Source of the DNA: Eledone cirrhosa
Lineage: Eukaryota
DNA: 64,000 bases
Assembly (NCBI GenBank): GCA_964016885.1
Contig: OZ024741.1
Coordinates: forward strand, 47,740,001-47,804,000
Direction of reading: 5' to 3'
Shown: positions 1-13,735 of the stretch, piece after piece
Numbering within the stretch: position 1 is the stretch's first letter
Layout: each line of letters begins with the position of its first letter
Translations under genes and position numbers: made by a program
The notes under the pieces: generated by a model
What the model was told of the DNA's origin: nothing
Databases searched by the model: none
What the model saw: the letters and a program-made list of their open reading frames with translations, nothing else

Positions 1-201
1 TGTGCCTTGGGACCATGAGGCGGACAAACCCTTAAACAGCGAGATGTTAAAACATGTTTATCTGTGGAAGTGGATAATGGAATTACTTCAGAAGACAAGG
101 GTTGTGGTGCATGCGATGATGATGTTGATGAAGAAGTTGAAATTAGTGAAACTATAGTGATAACATGATAGATTTGTTAAGTATTTGATTAGAGATATGA
201 T

Positions 202-757
202 GGAGGCACATGGCTTAGTGGTTAGAGCATTGGCCTTGCAATCGAAAGGTTGTGAGTTCAATTCTCAGACTGGGTGATGTGTTGTTTCCTTGAGCAAGAC
301 ACTTTATTTCACATTGCTCCAGTTTACTCAGCTGTAGAAATGAGATGATAGGGACTGGGGTCCCTATCATTCCACTGCAAAGTGGTTGTGTAGGTGCCAT
401 GGCAAAAATGCACCCAGCACTCACTGTAAATGAGGTTGGTGTTAGGAAGGGCATCCAGCTGTAGAAATCAAGCCAGAATCAGTTCCTGTCCCACCCTTGC
501 AAGCAGGGAAAAAGCGGACGTAAAATGAAATGAAAATGATGATGAAATGATATGATGTAGGTGTCATGACAAAAAGCACCCAGCACATTCTGTAAATGTG
601 GTTGGTGTTAGGAAGGGCACCCAGCTGTAGAAATCTAGCTAGAAACAGTTCTATATGAGCAGGACACGGTCACCTAACCCAGGTTGCCTCAAATGAGAGA
701 ACCCATCTAACCCATGCTAGCATGGAAAGTGGACGTTAAACGATGATGATAATGATC
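202..757 (+). mobile_element. tRNA-derived SINE with RTE-type 3' tail, followed by a second tail module
   Basis: A/B-box-like head (tggcttagtggttagagc ... gagttcaattc), body ggttggtgttaggaagggcatccagctgtagaaa, tail cccacccttgcaagcaggg...ggacgtaaaatga(tga)n shared with the RTE 3' ends at ~13680 and ~55730; near-identical copy at 23793-24143. Confidence 0.8.
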
Positions 758-1931
758 ACGAAAGGGTTTAGAAATATTAGGCAAGTAAAACCTTATTAAT
801 TCAAAATTTCATATTTAATTGTATTTGTTTATAAACAGGGAAAAGAGAATAAAAAAAGGGAGGATATTGGGGGAAAAAAAAAAAAAAAAAAAAAAAAAAG
901 AGGGTGGAGGCAAAAACTAGACCCTTAGCTGGATGGTACACCTCAGCTGTCTATCAGTAGTTCTCAAGCTTCAAAACAAATAAAAACATTTTGGCCCACT
1001 TTGTACCTAAATTAGACAATTTATTCATGATGGAAGGATTTATTTATATAATTAATTTCGTCTAACCCATGCTAGTGTGGGAAATGGAGGTTATATGGTG
1101 ATGATGATGATAAATACTTTACAATAAACAGCTATGTATCATAGAGCCAGGGCAGTTTGGTATCAAATTTAGATTAAAACATGCCCTGATTTTGTACCTA
1201 AATTCGAAAATTTATTCAAAAGTGGTTTTTATATACAAGGTTTGTCCCAAAAGTAAGGGTACTGATGTTTTATTTAAATGTATATTAGATGCACATGAAA
1301 TTACAAATTATTTCCTTCAAAATACGGCCCTTGGGAAGTCACACATTGGTTCTAACGTTTTTTCGATTGATCGTAGCAGTGCTGGAAGTCATTTTCTGTG
1401 AGTGTCCTTAGCTCATCAGTTACAATTCTTTGTATATTTTCCAGTCTTAAAATGATGACACTTTGACTTTGATTTCAACTTAGGGAAGAGGTAGAAATCA
1501 CACGTATCTAAATCTGAGCTGAAGGGAGGATGAGGAAGAGTGGGAATGTTTTTTTTTCACCAGAAATTTTCTAATTGAAAGTTCTGTGTGAGCAAGTGTG
1601 TTATCGTGGACCTGTTTTCAAAGTTGTTCCAAGACATCTTTGTAGAAGGTGCGATTAACTGCCTGCCCTGGAGGTAAAAACTCTTTACTCTTCAGTGCCA
1701 CTCTCAAATCTCCTAATATCTATGAATTTTTGTGTATACGACAAGATTCCATCTCCCAAATTCACTCAAAAGGTATTGGTTGGTCTAGGGTCATGGTGGT
1801 AGTCACCTGTTTAAGGTGCCATACATTAGGGTTAATCCTAAAACCATATGGTTCCAAATCAAACATTTTCACCAGTCAGCCATGCTTACACCTATGTCAT
1901 TAACAGTATGTTTCTTTTTCTTTTATTTCAG

Positions 1932-2033
1932 ACTTTAACAAATGCCTTCCAAATGCACGACAGAGATCGCGATGGTGTTATTCATATTTCATATGAAGAT
2001 TTCCTTGCACTTGTATTCAGCCTTCGTACTTAA
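1932..2033 (+). CDS. PDCD6: Terminal coding exon of a penta-EF-hand calcium-binding protein (PDCD6/ALG-2-like)
   Basis: Polypyrimidine tract and acceptor ttttatttcag ending at 1931, then TLTNAFQMHDRDRDGVIHISYEDFLALVFSLRT*, matching the EF5 hand and C-terminus of ALG-2/peflin proteins; AATAAA at 2265-2270. Upstream exons lie outside the window; peflin or sorcin not excluded. Confidence 0.75.
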   Translation, partial: TLTNAFQMHDRDRDGVIHISYEDFLALVFSLRT

Positions 2034-2521
2034 GCCACTTTGTCAAATCTATATTCATGTTACAAATATTGTAAATGATATTGTAATGATAATAATAATA
2101 ATGAAACCAAACCTTTCTTGTTGAATCTGTCTGAAACTACATCAGATTATCAACGTGGTGGAGAAGAGGAAATAGCTTTCGTTTATATAAAAGAAAAAAA
2201 AAATTCATATTGTTGTAAAAAATTTTTTAAATACAAAATAATTTAGATGGAAAATATTTGTTACAATAAAACTATGGAGTGTAATTTTAAAAAAAAATAT
2301 ATTAAATTTATTCAAATTTAAATATTTTCATACCACATGCCTCCAGATATATAAATATTTTACATACAAATTTTTTTTCTCTCCCCCTTCCTTTATATCT
2401 CTGTAAAAGCAATATTGACATTCATTAAAATTGTTTTTATTTTCATTAGAATATAATCATATATATCTCTGTGTATGGATGTATGTGTGTGTATGTATGT
2501 ATGTATGTATGTATGTATGTA

Positions 2522-2560
<39 letters not shown>

Positions 2561-2646
2561 GTGCTTACAAAACAAAAATTAAAAGTCCAAGGCATTTAAT
2601 AAACCTAGGAAATGAGTAAAATTTACTCATTAATATTACTATTATG

Positions 2647-2689
<43 letters not shown>

Positions 2690-3114
2690 GTTTTTATGTC
2701 TGCTTAAAAGCAATGAAAAATTCTAAATCTGTAATATTAACATTCGATTGAAGAAATATCAGGCTAGCTCTATTCAGAATATCAGATTTTATGAAAAGAT
2801 CAAATTGTATGGTTTGTACAGAAATATTTGATTGTGTAAAAGTTTGAAATTTGAAAGTAAAAATGTAAGTATTAATTTCTTAAGTCTATCTCTGTTACAC
2901 AAGAAATGTGGCATTTTTAGGTGGACTGAAAGTGAAGGAACATTTTAACCTTTTCCTTACCATATTTCTAATGAAAAAAGAACTCCCTATGGTTTTCAAA
3001 TAATCAAGAATTTGAAAAGATTTAGTAAATTAACTGGTATTTAGGGTAAAATTTAACAAAGGTTCTTAGATAAAATTATGATGGAACATTTTAATATAAA
3101 TTTAAATACTTTAA

Positions 3115-3318
3115 TCCTTTACCATTTACATTACTCTATATATACTATTGTATTTTCATGGTAAAGGCTCTATCTCACATAATATCGAATCTATGAGATT
3201 TTGATATTTATATTGAGAATAATACCTTACATCAGTATGAGCGGCCATTTACAGCCGGTTTGAACAGAAAGAGGTGAGAGAATTCTGGCTGGATACAGCC
3301 GGTTTAAATGCTAAAGGG
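3115..3318. mobile_element. TTAA-CCC (piggyBac-like) MITE, family A
   Basis: ttaa|tcctttaccatttac ... ttaaatgctaaaggg|tta; body homologous to 4410-4610, 56322-56529 and 56763-56933. Confidence 0.7.
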
Positions 3319-3620
3319 TTATTAAAGCAAGCTGGAATAATTCATAAAACCAGGATATGAAAATTGTTAAATGTTTTAAATAGATATATATAGTCAGGCT
3401 AATGCTGTTGGAGAATGTTTTAGAGTTTATACAAAAACTAAGTAAAGTTCAAAATGTTTAATATTGAGCTTGTGTTAGTTCATGAAAAACATTTTAATGA
3501 ACTGATAAATGTTGGAATAGTTCTAGCTATTTTGAATTACATCTGAGTTGTTCTGAAGCAGTATCTAAAGTTTAATACCATACAAGTGTGAAACAATCAC
3601 AAATGAACAGAAGACATTTA

Positions 3621-3821
3621 ACCCTTTCGTTATTGTATTTCTAATGAAAAACACTGCCTATGATTTTGAAAATAATAAAGAACTTAGAGGGAGTAATATG
3701 ACTTTCACATTAAGTTGGTGTTTGGAACAACAAAAGTTCTTACATAAAAGTATGATAGAAGTTATTTAGATAAATATAAAATTAGAACCAGTTTTAGTTG
3801 GTTTGATATCAAAAGGGTTAG
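3621..3821. mobile_element. TTAA-CCC MITE, family B (degenerate)
   Basis: ttaaccctttcgttattgtatttc ... gatatcaaaagggttag; related copies near 2947-3110, 5613-5831 and inverted at 40598-40815. Confidence 0.55.
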
Positions 3822-4409
3822 TCTGCTGGAGGAGTTATTTGCTTTGAACATTTTTTGATAATGCATAAAATACTAGATATCACATAAGCTTATTATTTTT
3901 AAATCTTTATTTCAATTTTTATGAAATCAAAGCCGTTGTATTTATTGGGATTTTGTCAAAAAATACAATGCAACAACAAACATTTTAAGGCCAAAGTTAG
4001 GGTTAGACTTGTAGGTCCCATAAGATGGGGTCCTTTTTCACAATATTTTACAGTCAGATGCATTCCTGGCACCATCCCTTTGTCACCTCTAAAAATACAA
4101 TCAAAATCTTAAATAAAAAGTCTTCATACTTGGGTAACAATGTTTAATCAATTTAAGTGGAACCCATTAGAAATTTTCAGATTCATGAATGAGATATTTG
4201 GGGGGTTTTTTCTCCATATAAGCCACTGGTATAAGTAGAATATAGATTTGTCAAGTAGTTGTTTCTGTCAGTGTTTGTAATTTATTTTATTCAAAAGTCT
4301 TTGCTCCATAATACTTGGTCAATTTATTGATAATTACCAAGGGGCTTTTAACATTGCTTTAAAATAATGAACTAAATTAAGTACATTCTAAGCAAACAAA
4401 AGCCTTTAA

Positions 4410-4610
4410 CCCTTTAGGATTTACATTATATACACTATTGCATTTTCATGGTAAAGGCTTCATCTCACATAATATCAAATCTGAGATTTTGATATTATGT
4501 ATTTTGAGAACAATACCTTAACGTCAGTATGAGCAGCCAGTTATGGCTGGTTTGAATAGAAAGGGGTGAGAGAATTCTGGCCGGATATGACCGGTTTAAA
4601 TGCTAAAGGG
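4410..4610. mobile_element. TTAA-CCC (piggyBac-like) MITE, family A
   Basis: TTAA|ccctttaggattta ... taaatgctaaaggg|TTAA: terminal inverted repeats with TTAA target duplication. Confidence 0.8.
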
Positions 4611-6748
4611 TTAAAATGAGTATTTGAGGTTTTAAATATTTCATTTACAAAATTACTTGACAATAATTTATAATTAAAAAAATTAAAATTAATAGAATCC
4701 CATTTGCACCAAAGTAACCAAAGAATAGTTCCAATTTTTGCAAAAGTAAGATAAAGGCATTGATTTTTATTATTGATGTCTAATACTTTGAGCAGCTGAA
4801 ATTGGTCATGTCATTTTTTCTTTATATATGTTTTAATCTCATAAATCATATATATTGTTATTTATTTCATTCTTGGGCAATGAGATAATTTGGCTAGTTG
4901 GGAAAATTTATGAATTCAAAGTAAACAATGTGAGTAATTGTTAATTCCATTTAAAGGCAATAAATATTTGAATTATTGTCTGTAAAATTCTATGTCCTCT
5001 CAAAATGACGTTTATAACTTTCTATGTTGTATTTTTAATAAAATTTCTACAAAAATTACAATGCATTCATGTAAGACAACTGCTTTTACACATGTGCTAC
5101 TTGAAATGAAGTTTCTTCAAAATATTTGATTAAAATCAAAATTAGGCAAAACCAGAGTAGTTTATTGAATGTGTGAAATTATTTTCTTTGGTATAATTAT
5201 TGCAGTTCAAAATGAGTAGACTTGCTGCAGCTCAGAGTCCATATCATCTCTGTGTAGTTTTTATACAGTTACATTTCAAAATGGTTGCCTTCATTGCAGC
5301 TCCGAGTCCATCTCTGTGTAGTTTTTATTCAGTTACGGTTCTAGATGTGAAATAATCTACATTCGTGTGTGAAATTATACAAACATTCATAAAATTGTAT
5401 AAAAAATGTAATTTGAGCATCTTTCAATGTTACAAATGCACAATTACATTTATTTCTTACAAACTTTACCATGAAAATTATGTACCAAAAGTTATATTCT
5501 GTATGAAACACTTTGGAGGCTTAACTCTGAGAAGTACAAAACCAAAGTATGCAGCTTTGGTTGAGATATTTATAAAGTACACAGGTTCTAAGTAAACTAA
5601 TAATGATCTGTGTTAACCCTTTCATTACTGTATTTATAATAAAATATATTCTCTTTCAATTAATTAATGCAGAATTTTGAAGGATTTACTCAAATGATTA
5701 ATTATTTTGTTCCTAATATAATCACTTAAAATATTGTTCCTGTATATGTTGCAAGATATAAATTTATGGAGGAATTGTTTGAAATGGGTGGTTTTCTTTC
5801 ATAGAACCAGGGTTGGTATCAAAAGGGTTAACAAATAGTTGAGTATAAACAGTTTAATAGGGGAATAAATTGGTTTGGCACAAAGGATGGGGTCTAATAT
5901 TTTGGACAGAATCATTTGTTGTAGGGTAATTAGCAGACATCTGTCTCACACTGCCAAACTCTTACTGGATTATATGAACTCTATATATGAATCTCTACAA
6001 TTTATAAAGAAAAGGAACCCCTTCAATCATGAATGGGTATGGGTTTAGCAACCATGACAAACTGACCATAGGTTTACCCCTGAGGCACAAGTCTTGGCAA
6101 ACAATTCATTATGGAGAAGAAAACTAATATACACTGTTTCAACTCTAAACATCCTCTAGGTTTTATTTAGTGCACTATGGCGTCAAGTTAGAACCTTGAT
6201 AACCATCAATATAATAATTGTCGTTTTTCCATAGCTTCATGTCAATCAAAGCTGTGCGAGTGAAAGTTGATAAATGGAAACTAGAAGCCTATTGAAAAAA
6301 CCATTCCTGTTTTAGGTAGCAGACTTAATTTGTTGTTTAATTTAATACCCTCACCTAACACTTAGGAATCTACTCTGAGGATATCTTACCCTCACCAGTC
6401 CCAAAGATCCTATGAGAAAATCATTAAAAAAAAGTAGGTTATGACTTAAAAACGTACAAGTTATGAAGTGATAGAATGCAATAGGAAATATATAATTGTC
6501 TGGAAACCAAGTATATGTTTCATCTGTAGAGATATCTGTATCATGACAAATTATTTGACCAATGGAAGTTCCAGTTGTGACCATCGTATCTTTTTTTTCT
6601 AGCATAATATATTCCAAAATTGTATCCAATATGTCTTTCCCTTTTCAAGACACTATAATTTGAAGGCAAATTTGTGCTACTTTTAGATGTCTGAAACCTC
6701 AGTCCTTTACACTTTTAAAATTATTCACAAGCATTCTAGATCATTTTT

Positions 6749-6930
6749 GGCAGTATCGGTAGAGTGTCAGACGCCATGCTTTCCAGCATAGTTACGTCCC
6801 TTTACGATCTGAGTTCAAATCCCGCTGAGGTTGACTTTGCCTTTCATCCTTACGGGGTCGATAAAATAAAGTACCAGTAATGCACTGCGATAATTGCTGG
6901 CCTTGTGCTTAAAGTAGAAACAATTATTAT
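6749..6930 (+). mobile_element. SINE, second family
   Basis: B-box-like gagttcaaatccc and core gactttgcctttcatcct...ggggtcgataaaataaagtaccagt; related copies at ~29100-29225, ~39495-39575 and ~39580-39800. Confidence 0.65.
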
Positions 6931-7552
6931 AAGGCCATATTTTTAAGAGCAGTATCACTTCTAGGTGCATTTTGTCATGACACCTGCACTACCTCTTTAG
7001 AGAGAGTACTGGGTAAATTGTATTATGCTACCTACACTAGCACTACATAGTGTGTTGGGTGAATTTTACCATTACACTAGCACTACCACTTTTATAGAGC
7101 ATACTGGGTGAATTTTATAGTGCCACTACTAACCCCACTGTCTTCAAGGTGGATAAAACCTCATCCTGTTTACATCTGCTTTTCCCTGCTTGCATGTGTT
7201 GGACAAATTAGTGAATTTAAGTTGTACTTTACATAATTTTCCTGCCTTTCCTATCACCAATCACTTTCCAGGATGGGTTGGGAACATTTTATGACACCAG
7301 TACTAGAAAGGTTGTCTGACGACAAAGGTCCTCTTTACATTGTATCAATTTTCATTCAGAGTAACTGCTCTCTATGACAGGTTTTCTTTGCTATGATTTA
7401 TCGATCTTATGCCTACTCTGTATAGTCTTATTCATTCTGATGAGTGCCTTCCTCAAGGTTTCTGGAGTCACGTCAACTCTGAGACAAATGTAAGAAACAC
7501 TAGCTGATCACAATTTGAATATCAGTAAATGATGTCAGTTTGTTGTAGAATT

Positions 7553-7778
7553 CTGTATATACTCGAATATAAGCCGACCCACTATTTTATGTCTGAAGAA
7601 TGGGTAGAAGTCTAAACCTTATTTATGTAGAATTTGAAGTTGGTGAACATGGTGAAAATATTGACCTCAAATATAAGCCGACCCCCTCCTCCACCCCCCT
7701 TTTTTTTTACCATCGATTTGTTTTTTTTTGTATTTTTTTTTGTTACATATTCCTCGGCTTATATTCAAATATATACTG
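7553..7778. mobile_element. Tc1/mariner (pogo/Tc2-like) MITE
   Basis: TIRs ctgtatatactcgaatataagccga ... tcggcttatattcaaatatatactg|ta; a lone copy of the TIR is at ~41050. Confidence 0.7.
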
Positions 7779-8261
7779 TATTTTTCCTTTCATGTGATGT
7801 AAACCACAAAACACATGAACGTTGAGTTTTTTGAAATATTTACAGAAATGCAATCAAACAACTCCACAAAAATATACCAGATTACAGAAATAATATCACT
7901 GACAAGAAATACCATTATTATCTCCCTTTGAAACATTTCAAGTCTGCACTATACAAAACCAACACTACTTTGTCTCCGGTCTTGAATAATCCCCCCATCC
8001 TTTTATCTATCAAATTTTACTAATGTATTGCCAGGGAAATTTTATTTTAAGTGGTGGCATTGCTGCGACAATTAATTTTCTTCAGACATTAAAATACATA
8101 CATGACAAAAAACAGTACGGTTATCTAGTAGTTGCCTGCATTAAATTATTTTTTTTTTTTTTTTGTAATTAAGTAAGAAAGTTCTTAATTAAATTTTAAA
8201 TTATTTAATTTTTTTGTTAATTTCTATTTTTTTTTAAAAATAATTTTAAGAAAAGTAAATT

Positions 8262-8520
8262 GGAAGGTATCGAGAAGGTCAGTGAGTTCTTGGTATGGTG
8301 GAGCAAGATAGCAATGTGACAATGAGGGTACCTGTGGACAAACGAGATGCAGCGACCCTTTTACCCATCATTGCTCAGTACGTTCGTCCAGGTACTCGCA
8401 TTGTAACCGATGGCTAGCAGTCATACAATGCCCTCTCGCAACATGCAGTTGTAAACCATCGTTACAACTTTGTGGACCCTAAGGACCCCACAATCCACAC
8501 AAAATCCGTGTGGAAGGCAG
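8262..8520 (+). pseudogene. Merlin / IS1016 (ISXO2-like) DDE transposase fragment
   Basis: Manual translation [71 protein letters not shown] matches the Merlin motifs R.A.TL.PII, PGT.I.TDGW..Y..L and H..VNH..NFVDP..HT; two Trp codons are now stops. Confidence 0.75.
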
Positions 8521-9682
8521 GTTGGGGCTTTCCCTTTCCTTTATATTAAATTTGTTTGTGCTTTCGTTCTGTAAGCATTGTATTATTATATTTCTTTTTA
8601 TACAACATGAATAAAAGTTACCTTCAGAATATATTTTTTAAAAAAATTTGTAAACATGACAAAAAATGTTAAAATATATACCTGTAGATATTGCTTTGCA
8701 ATCACAGGGTTATGGATTCAGTACCACTGCATGTCGCCTGGGGCTAGTGTTTTCTACTATAGCCACTCTACCGATTCTGCCAATCCACTGCCCTGTTCCT
8801 GATCAATAAAGAAGACAAATGCCTACCACAGAAAAGAAGGAATACACTGGAAAATTGTGTTCCAATTTCAGGTCTATATTAAATTACTATGAGGCTTAAG
8901 TTGGTTGAATTGGTGGAGTTACTATGTTGGATAGCTGTTCTATAAAAAATCCTCATATATTTTGAGAGGATATGTGAAAACAAAATAAATAGGTAACAAC
9001 ACCACATGAGACATGTAAAATGCAGCAACATGAAGTACATTAACAATAACTATTTATATATTACTGTCATACCAGGTAATATATCTCCAATTTAAACACT
9101 TATGTAATCTCACTAACACCATAACTGGAGTAGATTTTAAAACATTTTGATACTAAAACTGCCTCTAGTTCTGATACAAGACCGTTTGTGTTAAAGTGTT
9201 TATATTTATCTAAACAAAAATTTCTATCATTTTACACAAGAAACCTTGTTAAGTTAGGTTTCAAACACCAAGTAAATAATGAGAGAAGTTATATTACTAA
9301 TCCATCCAGATCAGTTTCAATATTATTTTGGCTTAACGTCCATTTTTCCACATTAGCAAGGGTTAAATGAGTTGTCCCAATGTGAACAAGTCAGATCAGA
9401 TGACCACGTCTTGCTTGTACAGAACTATTTCCGGCTTGGTTTCTACTCTGGATGCCCTTCCTAAGGCCAACCATATTTACAGTGTGGACTGGGTGCTTTT
9501 CGTCGCAACAATAACACGACCACTAAAATCATAATCATAGTCAGTGTCTTTCATTAGAAATATAGTAATGAAAGAATCAAAGTGCTCAATATGTCTTAGT
9601 TTTTAAATAGTACAGAAATGGTAACATCACAACTAAACTCCCTTTATATTGTAAACAACATAAATATATCTCACCTCCTTAC

Positions 9683-9990
9683 TATGAGGGTCAACTGAAA
9701 AGTTCATAGGCTGACCAAGATACTCTCATGGAATGACCAAATGAGGTTTATTTTTCAACATAGTCTCTGGAAAGAAACAATGCAGTGATTAATAAGAAGA
9801 GTTGAAATTAATGCATGCAAGATTTGACAGCTTTAACATCACTCACTCCTTCATAGGCTGACCAAGATACTTTCAAAGAATGACCAAATGAGGTTTATTT
9901 TCCAACATAGTCCCTAGAAAGAAACAATGCAGTTATTAATAAGAAGAGTTGAAATTAATGCATGCAAGATTTCACAACTTTAAACATCAT
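9683..9990 (+). mobile_element. Mariner-like non-autonomous fragment with internal duplication
   Basis: ta-tgagggtcaactgaaaagttcataggctgacc end; ~140-bp duplicated block; related sequence at 39210-39450. Confidence 0.45.
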
Positions 9991-11199
9991 TCCCTTCATA
10001 GTCAGCCTTCTTTCATACATTACATTCTGTTTCATTTACCCAACTATCATAAGTACTTGGTAAACAATCCCCTAACTATCCTCAAATACCTACTAATTAT
10101 TGCCACAACACACTTGCGCAACAATGAAGAAAGAAAAACTTTTTTACAAGCTTAACAAATTTTCAGTGGAATGATTCCACAAAAAAAAAAGCAGAATCAA
10201 GGTTTTTCGACTTCAACAACATCACAATCACTAACTGCAGTATTTACCATTCAATGAAATAATTATAGGAACATCTAAAAAATATATCCCACAAAACAAT
10301 ATAAGGATGTTCCTACAATGTATTGATGCTCCTACAATAGCAGTATAAATATAAATGTACATATTGTATGTTGAATAATATACGTGATATTTATGAAAAA
10401 CAGTTGAAGGCCTTTTGTTATGAATTTTTAAGGTTGTAACCATTGTTACATATCTCGCTTCAGCAAAAGCAGGAGGAAGTAATTGACAAGGCCATCGTTT
10501 CTCACTTATTAACAGTTATCTAGACCACAGGTTCTCAACCCATTTAGGCCAAATGCCCCCTTTTTGCCCCTCGAAATCACGAAACGCCCCCCCCCCCCCC
10601 TATTTTTCCATTTTTCGATATACTACTGATTTTGATATCAGTAGATTACAAAAAATTTGATTAACAATATTCCAAAGATACCATTACAGGCAGCTGAGAG
10701 TATAAATACATTCCTTGAAAGGAAATATATAAATTTAAAAAAAAGGAACATAAATGTTCTTTTTTATGAATAAGGACCATTTGAATTTGTTATATTCCCA
10801 CCAGGCGATAGCTATTTTGAACATTTATACAAGAACAACTCTGTCTATCCAAAGAGTGCTCTTATCTGGAAGAAAGTGGCAATTATATCATTTCAAAGCT
10901 TTCCAATTTTTCCTTTAATGAAACAGACAGAATAAATGTTGATATCTAACTTGATGTCCCCTCTGCCCTCTGCTTTGTGAGCTTAGAGACCACGGAAGAG
11001 GGTTTTCATGACCACGCTGGAGGGTATATTTATTAATAAATGGTAAAATATATACAACAAATGAGTAATTGAATTGTAGTAGATGGTTTCCAGTCCAGTC
11101 AGACTGCAACTACAAATAAAAAAATTGTTAGTTTGCTTTGTAACAATAGCATATCCAAGTTTTCAGATAAATCAACTTACTTTAACTTTGATTCATTTC

Positions 11200-12250
11200 A
11201 ATGTCGACCCTTGAGCTTCATGGAGTCTAGCTAACTCTTTGATGTGAGGCTCAATTTTCCTAAGATGTAGCCAGAGATCTCCACGTGTAATTACATTGTA
11301 GCAGTTGCGAGCCTTACTGTGCAGTCTGGAAACGGCACCAAACCTCCTCTCGACTAAGTATGAGCTTGAAAAAGGCAGAGCAAATCTCTTAGCCTCTGCA
11401 TATAGGTGTGGAAATCAACGCTGAATTTCCTCTTGCATTCCAAAAAGGGGTTCACCTATTTTGGGAAATCTAATGCTTGAAGTTCAATGAATTCTTCCTG
11501 AAATTTAACGTCCAAATCGTTGACGTTAGCTATGAAAGGATCTGCTATCCACATTGGGATGTCCATCGGCAAAAGGTCGACAAACCATTCTCTCATGTTG
11601 TCGTGTAGCGCAAGGAGGTGAGTGGTATAAATTTGGAGTTGGTCATCGCTTACAATGTTTTGAACATTGGCGACACTAGGAAAATTATAGAATTCCTGTC
11701 AACAAAGATTCCTTTCGATGACATTCAATTTGGCCAGGAATGTTTTCACAGGATTCCTTGCTTTAAGCAAGGTGATCTTCTTCCCCTGCAAAGCCAAAAT
11801 GATGCTATTGCATTTGTCGAAGATGTCAGTGAGGTAGGCGCAGTCTTGCCTCACATCGAGGGTTTTATTGTACAGTTCTGTGTTGCGTCCTCACAGAAAC
11901 TCAATGATAGAGTCGAAGAGTTCAAAGAAGTGAGTAAAGCACTTGCCCTTTGAAAGCCACCTCACTTCAGTATGAAGGAGTAACTTGACGAATTCTTCGT
12001 CATTATCTTGGCACAGTTGCCAGAAAATTCGTTCATTGAGGGAATGCCGTTTGATAAAATTGATGACATCAATGGCCACCTGCAAGGATTTGCTCAGCGG
12101 CTTGCTGAGTTTCTTTGCAGCCAAGTGTTGTCGATGAATGACACAATGAACAGCAAATACAGATAGATTTTCTCTCTTCAGGAGAGTGACGAAGCCCTTA
12201 TGTTGGCCGACCATTGCTCTTGTGTCGTCCGTAGCACATGATACAATGTG
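11200..12250 (-). pseudogene. hAT Buster-type transposase, C-terminal remnant
   Basis: HCVIHRQHLAAKKL and LLLHTEVRWLSKG motifs (ORF 11891-12214); disrupted continuation toward the dimerisation region. Confidence 0.85.
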
Positions 12251-12385
12251 TGTTGTATGTGGTCCTAGATGTATGTATTACCTGCCTGTGTGTTGTATGT
12301 AGTCCTAGATGTATGTATTGCATGTGGTCCTAGATGTGTGTATTACCTGCTTATGTGTTGTATGTGGTCCTAGATGTGTGTGCTA
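12247..12385. repeat. ~40-bp minisatellite inside the hAT element
   Basis: About three copies of gtgtgttgtatgtggtcctagatgtatgtattacctgc at the transposase deletion breakpoint. Confidence 0.7.
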
Positions 12386-12894
12386 CCCGCTTCTGTTTTT
12401 TCTTTTCTTTTTTTTTATTTGTAATATTATTTATACAATAGGGAATAAAATAGATCTATATAGTGTTAACTCGTTACGGTTGAGTCAATAATTTCAGACA
12501 TGAAATACATTGTTATCGGTGAAGGTAAGATAAGATTCTAACTGCCTGCGCTCAAAGTGCCCTTGACCCAGAGACTGTGTTTTTTTCCATTTTTAGGATC
12601 TCAATTACCAGACACGCCTGCACACAGGTCAGACTATAGTTATGCTGTCTGCAAGCTCATTCAAATGCATTCACACTGGCTGTCTCAAAGACATACAAAT
12701 ATGGCTTATAAAACTTACCAAAGTAAAGAGCCCTCCAGCTCCAAATGCCCCCCCCCCCCCCCCGGATTTCCTAAACGCCCTCCGGGGGTGCGTATGCCCC
12801 CTGTTGAGAACCTTTGATCTAGACTACATATCTCCCTGCTTTCACTGAAGCTAAAATAAGCTAGAATCTTATAGATTTATGTTTATCAAATAAG

Positions 12895-13735
12895 GAACCT
12901 GGGAAGAGTACAACAGATGCCCTCTTCTTGGTGAGACAATTACAAGAGAGGTTCTTAGAGAAAAATAAGCCACTATACTTAGCACAATGCAGATCCTGGG
13001 TACACAAGAGATGTAGTGGAATAGCAAGCAAACTACTAACAGGTAGGGAGAAATACGTATGCAGTAGATGTACAGGGAAATTAGACAGTAGAAGTCGCAT
13101 TGATAGACACATTTTTCAAATGCAGGCGGGTGCTATAGAAGTGATCGATAGCTTCCGGTACCTAGGAGATCAGATTAGCATGGGGGGGGGGGTTTCCGAG
13201 GCCATAGTATCTAGAATAAGGCTGGGTTGGAATAAGTTTAGGGAGCTGCTTCCCTGCGTACGAAAGGCCGGTTATATGATGCCTGTGTGAGGAGCGCGAT
13301 GTTGCATGGTAGTGAGACATGGGCAGCAACTGCAGAGGATATGCGACGGCTGGAGAGAAATGAGGCAAGCATGCTCCGTTGGATGTGCAATGTCAATGTG
13401 TGTGAACGACCCAGCATAAATGTGTTGAGAGAGAAACTGTGTCTGAGAGGGATAGAATGTAGTGTGCGAGAGAGGAGACTGAGGGGCTATGGACATGTGA
13501 TGTGCATGGAGGATGACTGATGGGTGAAGAAGTGCCAGGAAATGCCAGTTGAAGAAAGACGTGGTAGAGGTAGACCACGAAAAACATGGGCGGAGGTGAT
13601 GAGAACAGACCTCAGATTGCTGAAGCTCACGGTGGAGATGACGAAGGACTGTGACAAGTGGAGAGATGCTGAATAAGGCCCGTCCCACTCTTGCAAGCAG
13701 AGAAAAGCGGACGTAAAATAATGATGATGATGAAC
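12895..13735 (+). mobile_element. RTE LINE fragment (family 1, internally deleted)
   Basis: [50 protein letters not shown]; (gat)n tail. Confidence 0.85.

Larger units (their letters stand above)
10526..12816 (-). mobile_element. hAT (Buster/Charlie-type) DNA transposon, internally deleted
   Basis: Perfect 8-bp TSD ATCTAGAC (10518-10525 and 12817-12824); TIRs cacaggttctcaac / gttgagaacctttg; minus-strand transposase remnant. Confidence 0.9.

Noticed and set aside
202-275. tRNA gene
   Set aside because: Only A/B-box-like motifs continuing into a SINE body; no complete cloverleaf
7430-7500. Hammerhead-like CTGATGA ... GAGAC aaat GTA
   Set aside because: The GAAA core is mutated and stems I and II do not pair convincingly
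12247-12385. Regularly spaced repeats suggestive of a CRISPR array (also 27900-28130 and 34255-34637)
   Set aside because: No unique spacers, no cas genes and a eukaryotic context; these are minisatellite or TE tail duplications
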